From NCBI GenBank assembly GCA_964016885.1, contig OZ024743.1, positions 122,574,001 to 122,638,000 of the forward strand: a DNA stretch of 64,000 nt. Reading direction: 5' to 3'. This document shows positions 23,801 through 34,715 of this stretch, one piece after another. How positions within the stretch are numbered: the stretch's first letter is position 1; the number at the start of each line of letters is the position of its first letter. The DNA is from Eledone cirrhosa (taxonomy: Eukaryota). The notes beneath the pieces are model-generated. The model searched no databases, was not told the origin of the DNA, and saw only the letters and a list, made by a program, of their open reading frames with translations. A program made the translations under genes and the position numbers.

Positions 23801-24272
23801 TATCCACTAATCCCACACAATCCCAGCGTGCATCTAAGATCCCGTTCCAGTCGCCCACTAACACTAAAGAGCGGGACGTTCCAAGAAAGGTCTCCAGACG
23901 CCGGAAGAAATCAGGCCGCCCTGCTCCTGTCGGGGCATAGACGGCCACTAACCTGAAAGCTTGCCCGTCTCCGCTGGTCACGTCCAGCACCACCAACTTA
24001 CCTTCTGGGTCCAGGGAGATGGCCCGTATGGCAAGATCCAAACCTCTCCGAAAAAGCACAGCAACTCCTCCCCCCGATCCCGGACGGCTGGGAGATGCGT
24101 ACACATCGTAGCCGCCGAAGATCGGTGCGAAAGCCTGTGCTTCGGAGATTCTGGTCTCGCTGATGGCCACTACATCTATGTTTAGTGACCTGAGGTCGTT
24201 GAGCAGGTGGCCCTGCTTCCATGACGACCCCAAGCCACGCGCATTTATGCTGCCTATTCTGAGTGAGGTCAT
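20853..24272 (-). CDS. ORF2 APE-RT-zinc finger (1139 aa), nearly identical to 7689-11108
   Basis: Same length and motifs; only scattered substitutions by eye. Confidence 0.96.
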   Translation of the reverse strand: MTSLRIGSINARGLGSSWKQGHLLNDLRSLNIDVVAISETRISEAQAFAPIFGGYDVYASPSRPGSGGGVAVLFRRGLDLAIRAISLDPEGKLVVLDVTSGDGQAFRLVAVYAPTGAGRPDFFRRLETFLGTSRSLVLVGDWNGILDARWDCVGLVDREGGCKSLTNLLRRFELSDRYRMDFPNVPMWTWTNRIGSSRSYLDRVFCREIDRSSIGCPQFKIVSYTDHKFVICVLDLDRLHRRGPGYWKLNASLPARKAYRHRISELVKRALTGAIVNNKWWFALKRAIRIESIRFSKTLAIEKNRAEGELVRKLDEALSKGIATDVLTAKLALDQFFNAKHEGCVVRARVRALRHEGTKAVQWARVAEARRGNKAMIRSLVDHDGRMLLDPGQMCEAFQRHFAQLFGGSGGPDRGMDFSVYLDGLPRLSATEAECCEKPITTAEVRDAMTSCTRGKSPGLDGLPYELYVQMPNLFGGLLADVYCNWQQNGRIPSSVSRGAVALLRKDPNKGDNIDNFRPITLLNTEFKILAKVLAKRLALVVGGLVGEAQTCAIPDRSIHDNLHLMRYIVERVAREPGTGGSLINLDQSKAFDRVDHRYLTAVLRAAGFGPVFRGWIAAMHSDICSVVRVNGHLSEPFNIMRSVRQGCPLSSLLYVLTLEPLLHKLETLRVVPRELGCGRSVSAYADDVTVVVSNAKHIEAIGTTLREYEAVTGAMINQEKSVGLQLGTWRGRSMPSNSVVGRWTDGPVKLLGVWFGPDLQTDKNWDEVTSRVASLTQKWAERKLSLKGRAEVANAYIASVIYYRLTVVPCPKPRLTALERLLFRFLWKGRAPMVRRSICCQHPLRGGLGMPWLMMRRHALRLRHLHLFLDGDQVWSPFARHVFPQLVSLTELQSWVKRRPRGSAWRLECLQALTALDQSGNVIGGNSTLAFYRGLVEGKSDDVLGETLGVDENQLANLFGRTFGPGPMDNFQKSLAWQCYRGALPVRDKLYRHGGAVNRACPRCAQGDETVLHALVQCPSIADLWVYVEHLLSRVGRIQLSAESIVRIAPPPSFSLEGQAVFICLVAMAKEIVWWTRLKGLKTSTYLFGDALINFFKFHLKRKIKVEREVLSSQHFVERWVREASMARVNGPTLSICL

Positions 24273-24306
24273 GTTGAAAAGGAGTGGAAAAGATGGAAAA
24301 GACCAC

Positions 24307-26231
24307 TTACCTTACTTCTCGTAGGGGAAGGACGGCTTTTCCATCCTTTTCACTGCTTGTGGCCTCCTCAGGAAGGATGTCCTTATAAATCCTCCTGGAG
24401 AGTGCTTGTCGGAAGTCTCCGATGTCTTTGGGGAATTTTTGTTTTAGTGTCATGTACGTTTTCTGTGTGATGCGAGTGATTTGTATGTGTGGAGGTGGTG
24501 TGAATTTTGGGGTTGTTGTGTAGTCTTTTTCTGTGATGCTGGTGTTGTGTTGGATGTAGTGTAATAATTGCTTGTTGTTCAAATTTAATGCTGTGTAGTG
24601 TGTATCGTTTTGGTTGTTTTGTTTTGTTTGCGTTTGTTGTGGGTTTGTTTCTGTTTCGAATTTTGGTGACTTTTGTGGTGTAGGTGATGGTGGTGTTGGA
24701 GTTAATGATGGTGATGCTGTTGGTGTTTGGGTTGATGGGGTTGGTGATGCTGGTGTGGATGGTGGCATATCTGTCCTAACTTTTTTGTTTCTTAGTTTAT
24801 TTGTTTCCCTCTGTATTTTGTTTTTGGAGGGGGAAGGAAGAGAATTTTTTCTTTTTTGGTTTCTTTTTTTTTTTCCGGATATCGTTTCCCACTCCTCGTC
24901 GTCACAATCTGTCTCCAGTTGTGATAGGCCGGGGAGTGGAAAATCCTCCACAGCCGTTAGTTTTGGTTGTGGTGTGGTGGATGGTGTAGGCGCTGGTGCT
25001 AGTTCTGAAGCGTTGGGTGGTGGTGGTGTTGGTTTTGCTGGTGGTGGTAGTGGTGTTGGTTTTGCTACTGTTGCTGGGGTTGTTGCTGTTATAGTTGCTT
25101 CTGTTGTTGCTGCTACAGTTTTTGCTGGCATCTCTGCTACTGGTGGTGTTGATGGTTGTGTCACTGGGGTGGGTAGGAGAGGTGGCCTCAACCTTTTAGT
25201 CTGAGGGCAGAAAGCCCTTAGGTGGGTTCCTTCACCACAAACGACACACCTAGGTCTTCTGCCCTCGACAATTACCGTGAGGTGGCTGCCGTCAGTGAGG
25301 TCTATTACCTCTGGGATCTCCTCAATGCTTTTTTGGTCCGCTTGGATCAGGAGCTCCATCCCAGATCCGGACCAGTTTTCCTGCTTTTCTTTTGCTATTG
25401 TTATTATTTTCGTGTTGGCCTCGATGCCGGCGATGACAGCCGCTATTAGCCAGGGAATTTCGATGGCCGGTGGAACGTGGGTCACCCTGATCTTTACGAG
25501 TCTCTGGCCACAATAGCTTGGGACGAGTGTGAAGTCGTCACTTTTTAATGGGGCCATGGAGTGTTCTCTAGCCTCCTCTGGTGTTTCAAAGAACACATCC
25601 ACGGTTCCATACTTTTGCCCACGTCTGATGTGGGTTTTTCTTGCCCACACATGTCCCAAAGCTTTTTGGATTTGGGACTCGGAAGCCCGTTCCACTCGGC
25701 GCGATTTTACATTTATTGTTCTATACGACACGGTGCATAGGCGCCGATGCTCCATTTTATTAGGTGGGGGTGGGGGGGGGGGGGGGGGGTGAGGCTGACC
25801 CTGTACCCATCTTTCTTTACCATTTGTTTGGCATTTTCTAAATCTTCTTGAGTTACCGTGAACGCTTCGAATTGTTTTGCTACGATGGCGAAACTGAGGG
25901 TCGGTTTTATAATGTCGTTGTTGTTGTTGTTGCTAGCGTTAATATTAATTTTATTTTCAGTTGTGGTGGTGCTGACGTCAGTCGTCTTTGGTGGGGAAGA
26001 GTCCATTTTGCTTGATTTCATTTCGACGTCACGAGTTACTTTATTTCTTTCTTCTTTTGTTTCTGTTGTCGCGGTGGTGGTGGTTGTGGTGGTTGTCGCG
26101 GTGGTGGTGGTGGTGGAGGGTTTAACACCTGCAGTCATTGGTAATGGCGGGAAATGAATGTCTGCCTGAGACAAATTAAAAATATTGCTACTGCTTATAT
26201 TTTTTTTTTGTGTTGGCAAACGTAGTAACAT
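24307..26231 (-). CDS. ORF1 type B, split by one frameshift at a G/C homopolymer (about 25763-25789)
   Basis: ORFs 25713-26231 (SFAIVAK) and 24307-25755 (CVVCGEGTHLRAFC) are the N- and C-parts of a homolog of ORF1-A. Confidence 0.8.
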
Positions 26232-26519
26232 TTACAATGGTGGTGTCGGTGTGAGGTGTTATTTTGTGAGGAAGGCTTTCAGCTGCTTCGGGCAGAGGGG
26301 AATTAGCCATTTTTTTTCAAAGAAATTTTTGGATAATAATAAAAGTTAAAATTTTGGGCACAAGGCCCCAATCTTTTTGGGTGTCCTTTTCGGAAAACAA
26401 TGTATGTGTGCTTATAAACAGTTTACAATAAAATTTTCCATAAATGGCAATTTTTAAACAAACGGAAATAACAAACCTTTGCGGAGCTCACGATAATACG
26501 ATTTCCTACGTAGGTCGCC

Positions 26520-26578
<59 letters not shown>

Positions 26579-26619
26579 GAAGAAGACGCAAATAATGATA
26601 AGAAGACGCAAATAATAAT

Positions 26620-27480
26620 AAGAAGACGCACGAGGTGACGGAGGTCATGAAATCGCTCCCGTAAGTTTTGAATTTTTAACATATTTAAATCATTTGTGAA
26701 ATAACAACTCTTAGTACAAATGCTACGTAAAGCACCCGGCTTGAGCCCCAAAAAATTCGGACCCAAAATATATTGTTATAAGGCTCAAATATTCAAATAT
26801 TCAACTTTGTATTGTACACTGTATATCCAAAAAAGAAAATGGCTATAAATGGAAGAAGAAGAACCCCCCCCTCCTCTCCTCTGGCTACACTATATAGGAC
26901 AGCTAAACTCACCAACACCAGAAACTAGATACACCACCCACCCCATCATCTGTGTACACTAAACACAACAGCCAGATAACGACATTTTCACCTTCACCGC
27001 CACCGCTCACTACGGCCATCATTACCACCACTATCCCATCACCGCCGCCACCACCCCTTGACCCCTTCACTACTGCCACCGCTACAGCACCATCACTACA
27101 GTAATACGGTCACATCACCGCCACCACTGCCTCGGTATCGACATCACCACCACCACTGTCTCAGTATCGCAACCGCCGCCAGTCTCCCACTTCCCCCTGC
27201 TGGCTGCTACTTCCACATTATAGAATTCCTACTACTAACAAAGAGGAAGGCATCAAAATATATAGATAGACTCAAAAGAAAAAAGAAAAAACAAACAACA
27301 AAACCAAAGCAGCACAGCAACAACAGCAAAAACGAGAAAAACAAACAGAGAAAAACAAAAACAAAAAAAGGAACCCCCAAAACGTAAAGAAAATAAGAAT
27401 GAAGAGAGAAGCAGGCGGACGGACAGAGAAGAGGGGGGAAAAAGTAAAACTTAAAAAACAAAAACTAAGTCAGACATTCG
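26620..27480 (+). mobile_element. Possible 5'UTR and decayed low-complexity ORF1 start of another Tx1-like subfamily
   Basis: TGACGGAGG...GCTCCCGTAAG...AATTTTT resembles the subfamily A 5' end TGACGGAGGCTCGGCTCTGTAAG...AATTTTT; AAAATGGCT start followed by ACC-rich and A-rich tracts. Confidence 0.4.
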
Positions 27481-29955
27481 AATACTACATTACAATGAAA
27501 CTTATGCTTATTCATTTTTGGGGCCCTTTCTGCCTGTGTGTTTGTTTGTTTATGTGTGTTCGTATACAGCGTGGCGATAATGCCACACAAGGGCCAAGTG
27601 GGATGGCGGATCCACAGATGGCTATGTAACTATACATTCGCCAATCCTCGATAAGAGTGTTTAAATATCGAACATAAACAGTTCGAATAACGGTGAAATG
27701 GAGACTAGAACGTCATGTGACAGACTCTCACCCAACAGGTGCCCCCTGGCTCAGCAGCAGGAACCTGACTGTCAACCAAATACTGCTGATGTTGGAGGAA
27801 GAAGAAGAAGGAAAGGGGCCAGAACCAACTGGACGAAAGAATTGAATAGAACTGTTATGCAATGCTACCTGAAAAGTAACCCCAAGGAGAGGGGCTACAG
27901 GAGACGGATGCATAACATCTGGAACGAGATTGGTTTATTTAAATTAGATGAACAAAAATTGGCCGGGCAGGCTCGGGTAATAAGAACTAATGGGTGGATA
28001 AGCGAGCTGGAACTGGAGGAACTGAGCAGAGAGAATGGCTTGGAGATGGCGGGTGTAGTATGCCAGACAAGCGAGCCGGTGGGAAATGAAGGTGAGGAGG
28101 TCCTGAGAACGGAGGAACCACCCGAAGCAGACAATGATCTGAATACTGAGATAAATAATACCTGGAACAGAGATACGGCCACTGAGGAGATGAATGCTGA
28201 CGGGCTAGGACAAGATTCGGTTGACATCCTAAATTTAGTGGTAGATAAATTGAACAATGATAGTGGGAGACCTATGAACCTAAGATTTGTAGACAGGAAA
28301 AAGTTAAAAGAAACAACAGCTAAGGTAAACAAAGTCATCCCATACCTTGAGGCGAGGAGCCTTCACCAGTGCAACAATATCCTCAAAGCAACAGCAAATA
28401 CGGTGAGGAAACTACTTGGTATAAAAGCGAGAGGAAACAACAGACAAGAAAGAGCAGAGCCGTGGTGGAAGAAGCGACTGAGTGGGCAAATCGGGGAAAT
28501 GAGAAATGACATAGGAAAGCTTGAGTCACTACTGAATGGGACACTAAAAAACATAGGCACTAAAAATAGACTGGAAATAAAATACAAAACTAGGAGTAAA
28601 AAGCTAAATATTATCATAGAGGAATTGAAGCAACGCATTGTAGCAAAGAGTGCAAAAATCAGGCGATACGAGAACAGAGTCAGTCAGTATAAACAGAACC
28701 GCATGTTCGACAACAACCAGAAGATGCTGTTTGGACAGCTTGAGGGGAAAGAAAGAGGCAACGACTTGATCCCTGGGGCGGAACAAGCTAAAACATTCTG
28801 GAGAGGAATATGGGAGCAGGATGTTAGACACAATGCCCAGGCAGGGTGGATTGAGACAGTACAGAGGGAGATCGGTGAGCAGGCACAACAACAGACTGAT
28901 TTGAGTATCACAGTTGAAACTCTTAAGGGGCAAGCCAAAAAACTAACCAACTGGAAATCACCAGGCCCAGATGGTGTGCAGGGGTATTGGATTAAACATT
29001 TAACATCCCTCCACCCGAAGCTGACGGCCATGTTCAATGACTGCTTGGTGTCGGGTGAGGTGCCAGAGTGGTTGACAAAGGGTACCACAGTTCTGATAAT
29101 GAAAGACCGAATCAAGGGTAATGATGTTACCAACTATAGACCTATCACATGTCTGCCCGTAATGTGGAAACTGTTGACGAGCATTGTGTCTGAGGAAATC
29201 TACCATCACCTCCACACAAACAACTTGTTACCGGACGAACAGAAAGGATGCCGAAAGAAGTCACGTGGTACAAAGGACCAGTTGCTTATTGATAAGATGG
29301 TAATGGGGAATTGCAGGAGGAGACACACTGATCTTGCCATGGGATGGATAGACTACAGAAAGGCATTTGACATGGTGCCTCATTCCTGGATCACCAAAAG
29401 CCTGGAGATCTTCAGGGTGGCAGATAACATCAGACAGTTGCTGGGCAGGAGTATGGGGTCCTGGGAGACAGAGTTGACATCAACTGGAGTATCCTTGGGA
29501 AGCGTGAAGATCAAGAGAGGTATCTTGCAGGGAGATAGCCTGTCCCCTCTGTTGTTTGTCCTTGCCCTGATGCCCTTGACCATTATGCTGCGAAAAGTGA
29601 GAGCAGGATACAAGTTGGGAAGGGGAGAGCTTACCATCAATCACCTCCTCTTCATGGAGGTGAAAAGGATTTGGAACTGCCATGAAGTCAAAGTGATCCC
29701 GATTGTCATAGGCGCACTGGGGACTATCTCCAAAGGTTTCCAGGGATGGTTGAAGAAAATCGGCCCCTTCACGCTTTTTGGAACGCTTCAAAAGGCATGC
29801 TTGCTTGGAACAGCAAGAACCCTCCGATACGTCCTGAATATCTGAGGCTGCAGGTAGTGGCTTGATATTCAATCCAACGGACTTTCCAGTTAACCAACAT
29901 CAATGACTGAGATTCAGGGAATAACAATAACAATAATAATAATAATAATAATAAT
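27480..29955 (+). mobile_element. R4/Dong-like family B, internally deleted, with TAA tail (29920-29955); 5' boundary approximate
   Basis: Encodes the 715-aa ORF below; 3'UTR recurs at 63290-63600. Confidence 0.88.
27698..29845 (+). CDS. R4/Dong-type polyprotein with in-frame deletion from RT motif C to the end of the RLE
   Basis: PWWKKRL, KSPGPDG, YRPITCL, KAFDMV, QGDSLSP, then NHLLFM joined directly to EVKRIW..IPIVIGALG. Confidence 0.85.
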   Translation: METRTSCDRLSPNRCPLAQQQEPDCQPNTADVGGRRRRKGARTNWTKELNRTVMQCYLKSNPKERGYRRRMHNIWNEIGLFKLDEQKLAGQARVIRTNGWISELELEELSRENGLEMAGVVCQTSEPVGNEGEEVLRTEEPPEADNDLNTEINNTWNRDTATEEMNADGLGQDSVDILNLVVDKLNNDSGRPMNLRFVDRKKLKETTAKVNKVIPYLEARSLHQCNNILKATANTVRKLLGIKARGNNRQERAEPWWKKRLSGQIGEMRNDIGKLESLLNGTLKNIGTKNRLEIKYKTRSKKLNIIIEELKQRIVAKSAKIRRYENRVSQYKQNRMFDNNQKMLFGQLEGKERGNDLIPGAEQAKTFWRGIWEQDVRHNAQAGWIETVQREIGEQAQQQTDLSITVETLKGQAKKLTNWKSPGPDGVQGYWIKHLTSLHPKLTAMFNDCLVSGEVPEWLTKGTTVLIMKDRIKGNDVTNYRPITCLPVMWKLLTSIVSEEIYHHLHTNNLLPDEQKGCRKKSRGTKDQLLIDKMVMGNCRRRHTDLAMGWIDYRKAFDMVPHSWITKSLEIFRVADNIRQLLGRSMGSWETELTSTGVSLGSVKIKRGILQGDSLSPLLFVLALMPLTIMLRKVRAGYKLGRGELTINHLLFMEVKRIWNCHEVKVIPIVIGALGTISKGFQGWLKKIGPFTLFGTLQKACLLGTARTLRYVLNI

Positions 29956-30869
29956 GTTTTCTTTATTAACCACAAGGGTTTACATAAAGTAGACATTAAG
30001 GACAGTACAGGACAATACAGGACGGTACAAATGGGCATTTCTGCGTGTAAAAAAAACGGAGGTTGAAATAAAAAAACAAAGAAAAAATTCCCCAGTAGGG
30101 GGGAGACTTCCGAGGGACATTTGTGGAGAAAGCCCATTAAAAGACCACAGTGGCCCTGACCACCAGGGCAAGTGCCCTCTCCCAGTTTTCCACCTTTAAT
30201 TTACAGACACATACTCAGAGAAGGCCCATTCATTCGGGCCATACTTGCTTCTCTCACCCATCTTTCAACAAAATTCTGGGAAGAGAGCACTTCCCTCTCT
30301 ACCCTGATTTTCCTTTTCAAATGAAATTTGAAAAAGTTAATCAGGGCATCACCGAAGAGGTAAGTGCTCGTCTTCAGCCCTTTCAAACGTGTCCACCATA
30401 CTATCTCTTTCGCCATGGCCACCAGACAGATAAAAACTGCCTGCCCTTCCCGGCTAAAGGAAGGGGGCGGGACAATCCTCACGATGGACTCAGCTGATAG
30501 CTGGATCCGTCCTACACGTGACAGCAGGTGTTCGACATAAACCCACAAGTCAGTAATGCTCGGACACTGGACGAGTGCGTGCAGGACGGTTTCGTCGCCC
30601 TGTGCGCATCTCGGACATGCCCGGCTGACGGCACCTCCATGCCTGTAGAGTTTATCCCGAACTGGCAAAGCTCCTCGGTAGCACTGCCAGGCCAGGGATT
30701 TCTGGAAGTTGTCCATAGGCCCCGGCCCGAAAGTCCTTCCGAAGAGATTGGCTAGTTGATTTTCATCTACGCCTAGAGTTTCTCCAAGTACGTCGTCGCT
30801 CTTCCCCTCCACTAATCCCCTATAGAACGCCAAGGTGGAGTTTCCACCGATCACATTGCCCGATTGGTC
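29956..30869 (-). mobile_element. 5'-truncated Tx1-like copy (ORF2 C-terminus plus 3'UTR) within (AAT)n
   Basis: Matches 20610-21520; bounded by AAT repeats at both ends. Confidence 0.93.
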
Positions 30870-30881
30870 TAATAATAATAA

Positions 30882-33308
30882 CTGCGTTTGGCTCTTAGAA
30901 AAACCAGCAAATGGAAATCCCCAGGAAAAGACAAAATACCAATTTTTTGGATAAATACTTTCACAGAGTCTCATGAGCTGTTAGCCCAACTTTACAATGA
31001 AATGGTTAAGGAGCCAGAAAAGATGCCATCATGGCTAGTTAACGGCATTACATTCCTACTTTCCTACTTCCGAAGAATAATGAGACAAACAATCCCCAAA
31101 ATTACAGACCGATAACTTGCTTGACCACAATGTATAACATTTTAACATCAGTTCTAACTGAATATACATATCATCACCTGATAACAAATGATCTATTTCC
31201 CAATGAGCAGAAATGGTGTAAACGAGGCTCATATGGCTGTAAATATCAGCTTTTGATTAACAAAATGATACTGGAAGATTGTCATAATAGACACAAAAAT
31301 CTATCAATTGCTTGCATAGATTATAAAAAAGCATTCGATAGTTTGCCACACAGATGGATTGAAAAATGTTTAGATATTTTCAAAATATCTCCCGTCGTCA
31401 GGAGGTTCCTGTTATTCAGTATGAAGACATGGAAAGCGACACTCCTTTTGAATAGTGAATAGAGAAAAAAATCACTGGAAGCTGGAGAAGTTAATATTAA
31501 TTGTAGAATTTTTCAGGGTGACTCTTTATCACCGCTTTTATTCTGCATCGCATTTATACCATTAAGTAAAATGCTCAATGAAACAAAACATGGATATAAA
31601 GTCTATGACAAAACCATTAATCACTTGTTCTACATGGATGACCGGAAACTATTTGCAAAAATGATCAACAATTGCAAGGGCTATTATCCAATGTGAAACA
31701 GTTCAGTGATGATATTAAAATGGAGTTTGGACTAGATAATTGCGCCAAAGCAACGTTCACCAGAGGAAAGCTGCTGAAAGGTTCAGACATTAATCTTGAT
31801 CGGGGGAATGTGATAAGAGAACTTGATCAAGAGGAAACTTACAAATATCTAGGTGTTTGTGAAGGAGGCGAAATCAAGCACTCGACAATGAGGGAAAGGA
31901 TAAGGAAGGAATGTTACCGCAGAGTAAGAGCAATCTTAAGAACGGAATTGAATGCAAGGAATAGGATCGATGCCATAAACACGCTTGCCATACCAGTAGT
32001 AACTTACAGTTACAATGTCATCAACTGGTCAAGCACAGTAGGCTCGATATTAAAATTAGAAAATTCTTAACCATGCACAGAATGCATCACCCTAAGGCAG
32101 ATACAGATAGAATATATCTCCCTAGGAAAGAAGAAGGACGTGTGTTAATTCAGTTAGATATTGCGTTGAAAAATGAAACAATTGGATTATCTACATATCT
32201 AAGGGAATCACATGATTGGATGATCAAACTCGTTTTGAAACACGAAAGCATCAAAAGATCATACTGCATTACAAAAAATGCACAAAGATACAGTAATGGA
32301 CTACCAATTTCAGAAGTTCCATTTACTGCTGAAATGAAAAACACAGAAAAAGCAAAGCAGGTAAAAGTAACTGCAAAGAAAGAACTGCTACAGAAACTGG
32401 CTAAGAAATGGCAAGAAAAGCCTCTGTATGGAAAATACCCAGAGCGAGCTAACAATCCTGATGTTGACAAAACTTTAACCCATCAGTGGTTGGCATCCTC
32501 TGGACTGAAATCGGAAACTGAAGGACTAATTATATCAGCACAAAATCAGTGTCTGCCAACAAAAAATTACCAAGACAACATAATAAAAAATGGATGCAAC
32601 CCATTATGCCGTGTATGTAAAAAAACCCCAGAGACCATTGATCATATAATTTCAATGTGCAGTCTTATAGCTTCAACGAAATAGCTAAACAGACAAGACA
32701 GAGCTGCACAAAACATACATTGGATAATGTGTAAGCATTTTGAGCTGCCCGTACTTGAAAAAGGTCACATCACAATCTTGTGGAACTTTATCATCCAAAC
32801 AGACCGAAAAATAGATGCAAATAGACCTGATACAATACTGAATGACTTTAAAAAGAGGGTATGCCGGCTAATTGATAAGTCCGTTCCAATAGACAAGTAT
32901 GTATCTATAAAAACATTTGAAAAATTGAGCAAGTATAAGGACCTGGAGATAGAAATTGGAAAAAATGTGGAAATTGAGAACTAAAACAATACCAGTGGTT
33001 GTAGGCGCTCTAGGAATGATACCTAAGGAGTCTAATGATTACTTATCGCAAATCCCAGGAAACTCGCGTATAGGAGAAATACAAAAGATAGTACTAATGG
33101 GAACTGCCCATATACTAAGGAAGATTCAGTAAATATAAGTACATCGCAAGTCTAAACACCTAAAGATGCATGTGTGTGTATGTGTGTTCTTTCTTGAACA
33201 TGGCGGACCTTGTTGTCTCTTGAGGTCACTGGTTGTGACTTGGTGATAACTCGTATGAACATAAAGCAAGATAAATGCAACTGTAAAAATAATAATAATA
33301 ATAATAAT

Positions 33309-33315
<7 letters not shown>
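30882..33315 (+). mobile_element. R4/Dong-like family A copy 3, 5'-truncated and degenerate, with TAA tail
   Basis: KWKSPGKD, KAFDS, colinear with 3137-5007 but with many stops and frameshifts. Confidence 0.93.
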
Positions 33316-33338
<23 letters not shown>

Positions 33339-33342
<4 letters not shown>

Positions 33343-34207
33343 TCAGCGAGAATCGTATTTCGGCTCGAAGAAAAAGCGAAACGAAACGCAAAATCGTAGA
33401 AATGGTGGCAAGCGCTCCAATAGTTAAGGAAACTAGAGCCAAACAATATGTTAAAACGCCATACAAACTGAAAAAGTGGTCAAGAAGGCATTAACCACCT
33501 AAGCCAAAAAAAATCAAGCTAAACAGGTCAAACAAAATAAATGATAAAAACATACCTAGACCCAAATGGAATTGATGGTAAAATCCAAATGCAGGGTTTC
33601 TATGACACCTAAATCAATAATACTCTCTGCTTAAAAACTATAAGCTTTCAGCATAAAGATCGAACAAGGAATATCACGTTATCAACAGGTATTTTGCTCT
33701 GTAACCAACTTTGTGAGTGACGCAGAACTTTGTAAAAGCACATGTGTAACTCACAAGGGGAAATTTCCTAGATTTTGGCAAATGAATTCATTATGAGTAT
33801 ATCATACAAAAAATTGCATAGATAGCACAAATCGAATAAGCACTCAACCAGGTAGTTTTTAAAATACACTTATGCAATTAATCTGTCAATAGAATTATTA
33901 ACAGGTTAATTGTAAGACTCGGGAGATTAATACAAATATAAATTCAGCGAGAATCGTATTTCGGCTGGTAGAAAAAGCGAAACGAAACGTAAAATCGTAG
34001 AAATGGTGGCAAGCGCTCCAATAGTTCAGAAAACTAGAGCTAAACAATATGTTAAAACGCCATACAAACTAAAAAAGTGGTCAAGAAGGCATTAACCACC
34101 TAGGCCAAAAAACAAATCAAACTAAACAGGTTAAACAAAATAAATGATAAAAAATAGACCTGGATCCAAATGGAATTGATGGTAAAATCCAAATGCAGGG
34201 TTTCTAT
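33339..34207. repeat. Repeat-unique-repeat element: about 265-bp direct repeats (33339-33603, 33940-34207) embedded in (TA)n
   Basis: AAATTCAGCGAGAATCGTATTTCGGCT...GCAGGGTTTCTAT present twice, period about 601 bp. Confidence 0.9.
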
Positions 34208-34225
34208 ATATATATATATATATTT

Positions 34226-34325
<100 letters not shown>

Positions 34326-34715
34326 ACATATATATACATATATATACATATACATATATATATATACGTATATATATATATACGTATAAATACGTATAAA
34401 TACGTATACATATACATATACACATATATATATATATTGTTTATGTATGTGTGTGTGCATGTATGTATGTATATATATGCATATTTATATGTGTGTGTGT
34501 GTGTGTGCTTACGTGTGTGTGTTTATGTGTGTCTAGTGATATGCCTAGTACCAATATGTTTGCCTAAATGGTTGTGCACCAGCATGGCCGCAGTCTAAGT
34601 TAAACTAGGTATATTAAAAGAACTGTTTAAAATTGTTTTGCAAACATACTGTTAAAAAGTTATTTAGAAATAAATAAATATGTTCGATTGACATCATTGC
34701 TGATTATTTCTATCT

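Larger units (their letters stand above)
20610..26519 (-). mobile_element. Full-length Tx1-like LINE subfamily B (different ORF1 and 5'UTR)
   Basis: Intact ORF2, divergent ORF1; flanked by (AAT)n at 20586-20609 and 26520-26578. Confidence 0.94.

Noticed and set aside
27519-27630. Possible HDV-like ribozyme in the Dong B leader (GGCCCTT/AAGGGCC pairing)
   Set aside because: No acceptable P3/L3/P1.1 or J4/2 could be fitted.
30201-30974. 257-aa ORF with a novel N-terminus
   Set aside because: Chance read-through from antisense Dong sequence and (ATT)n into a truncated Tx1 ORF2.
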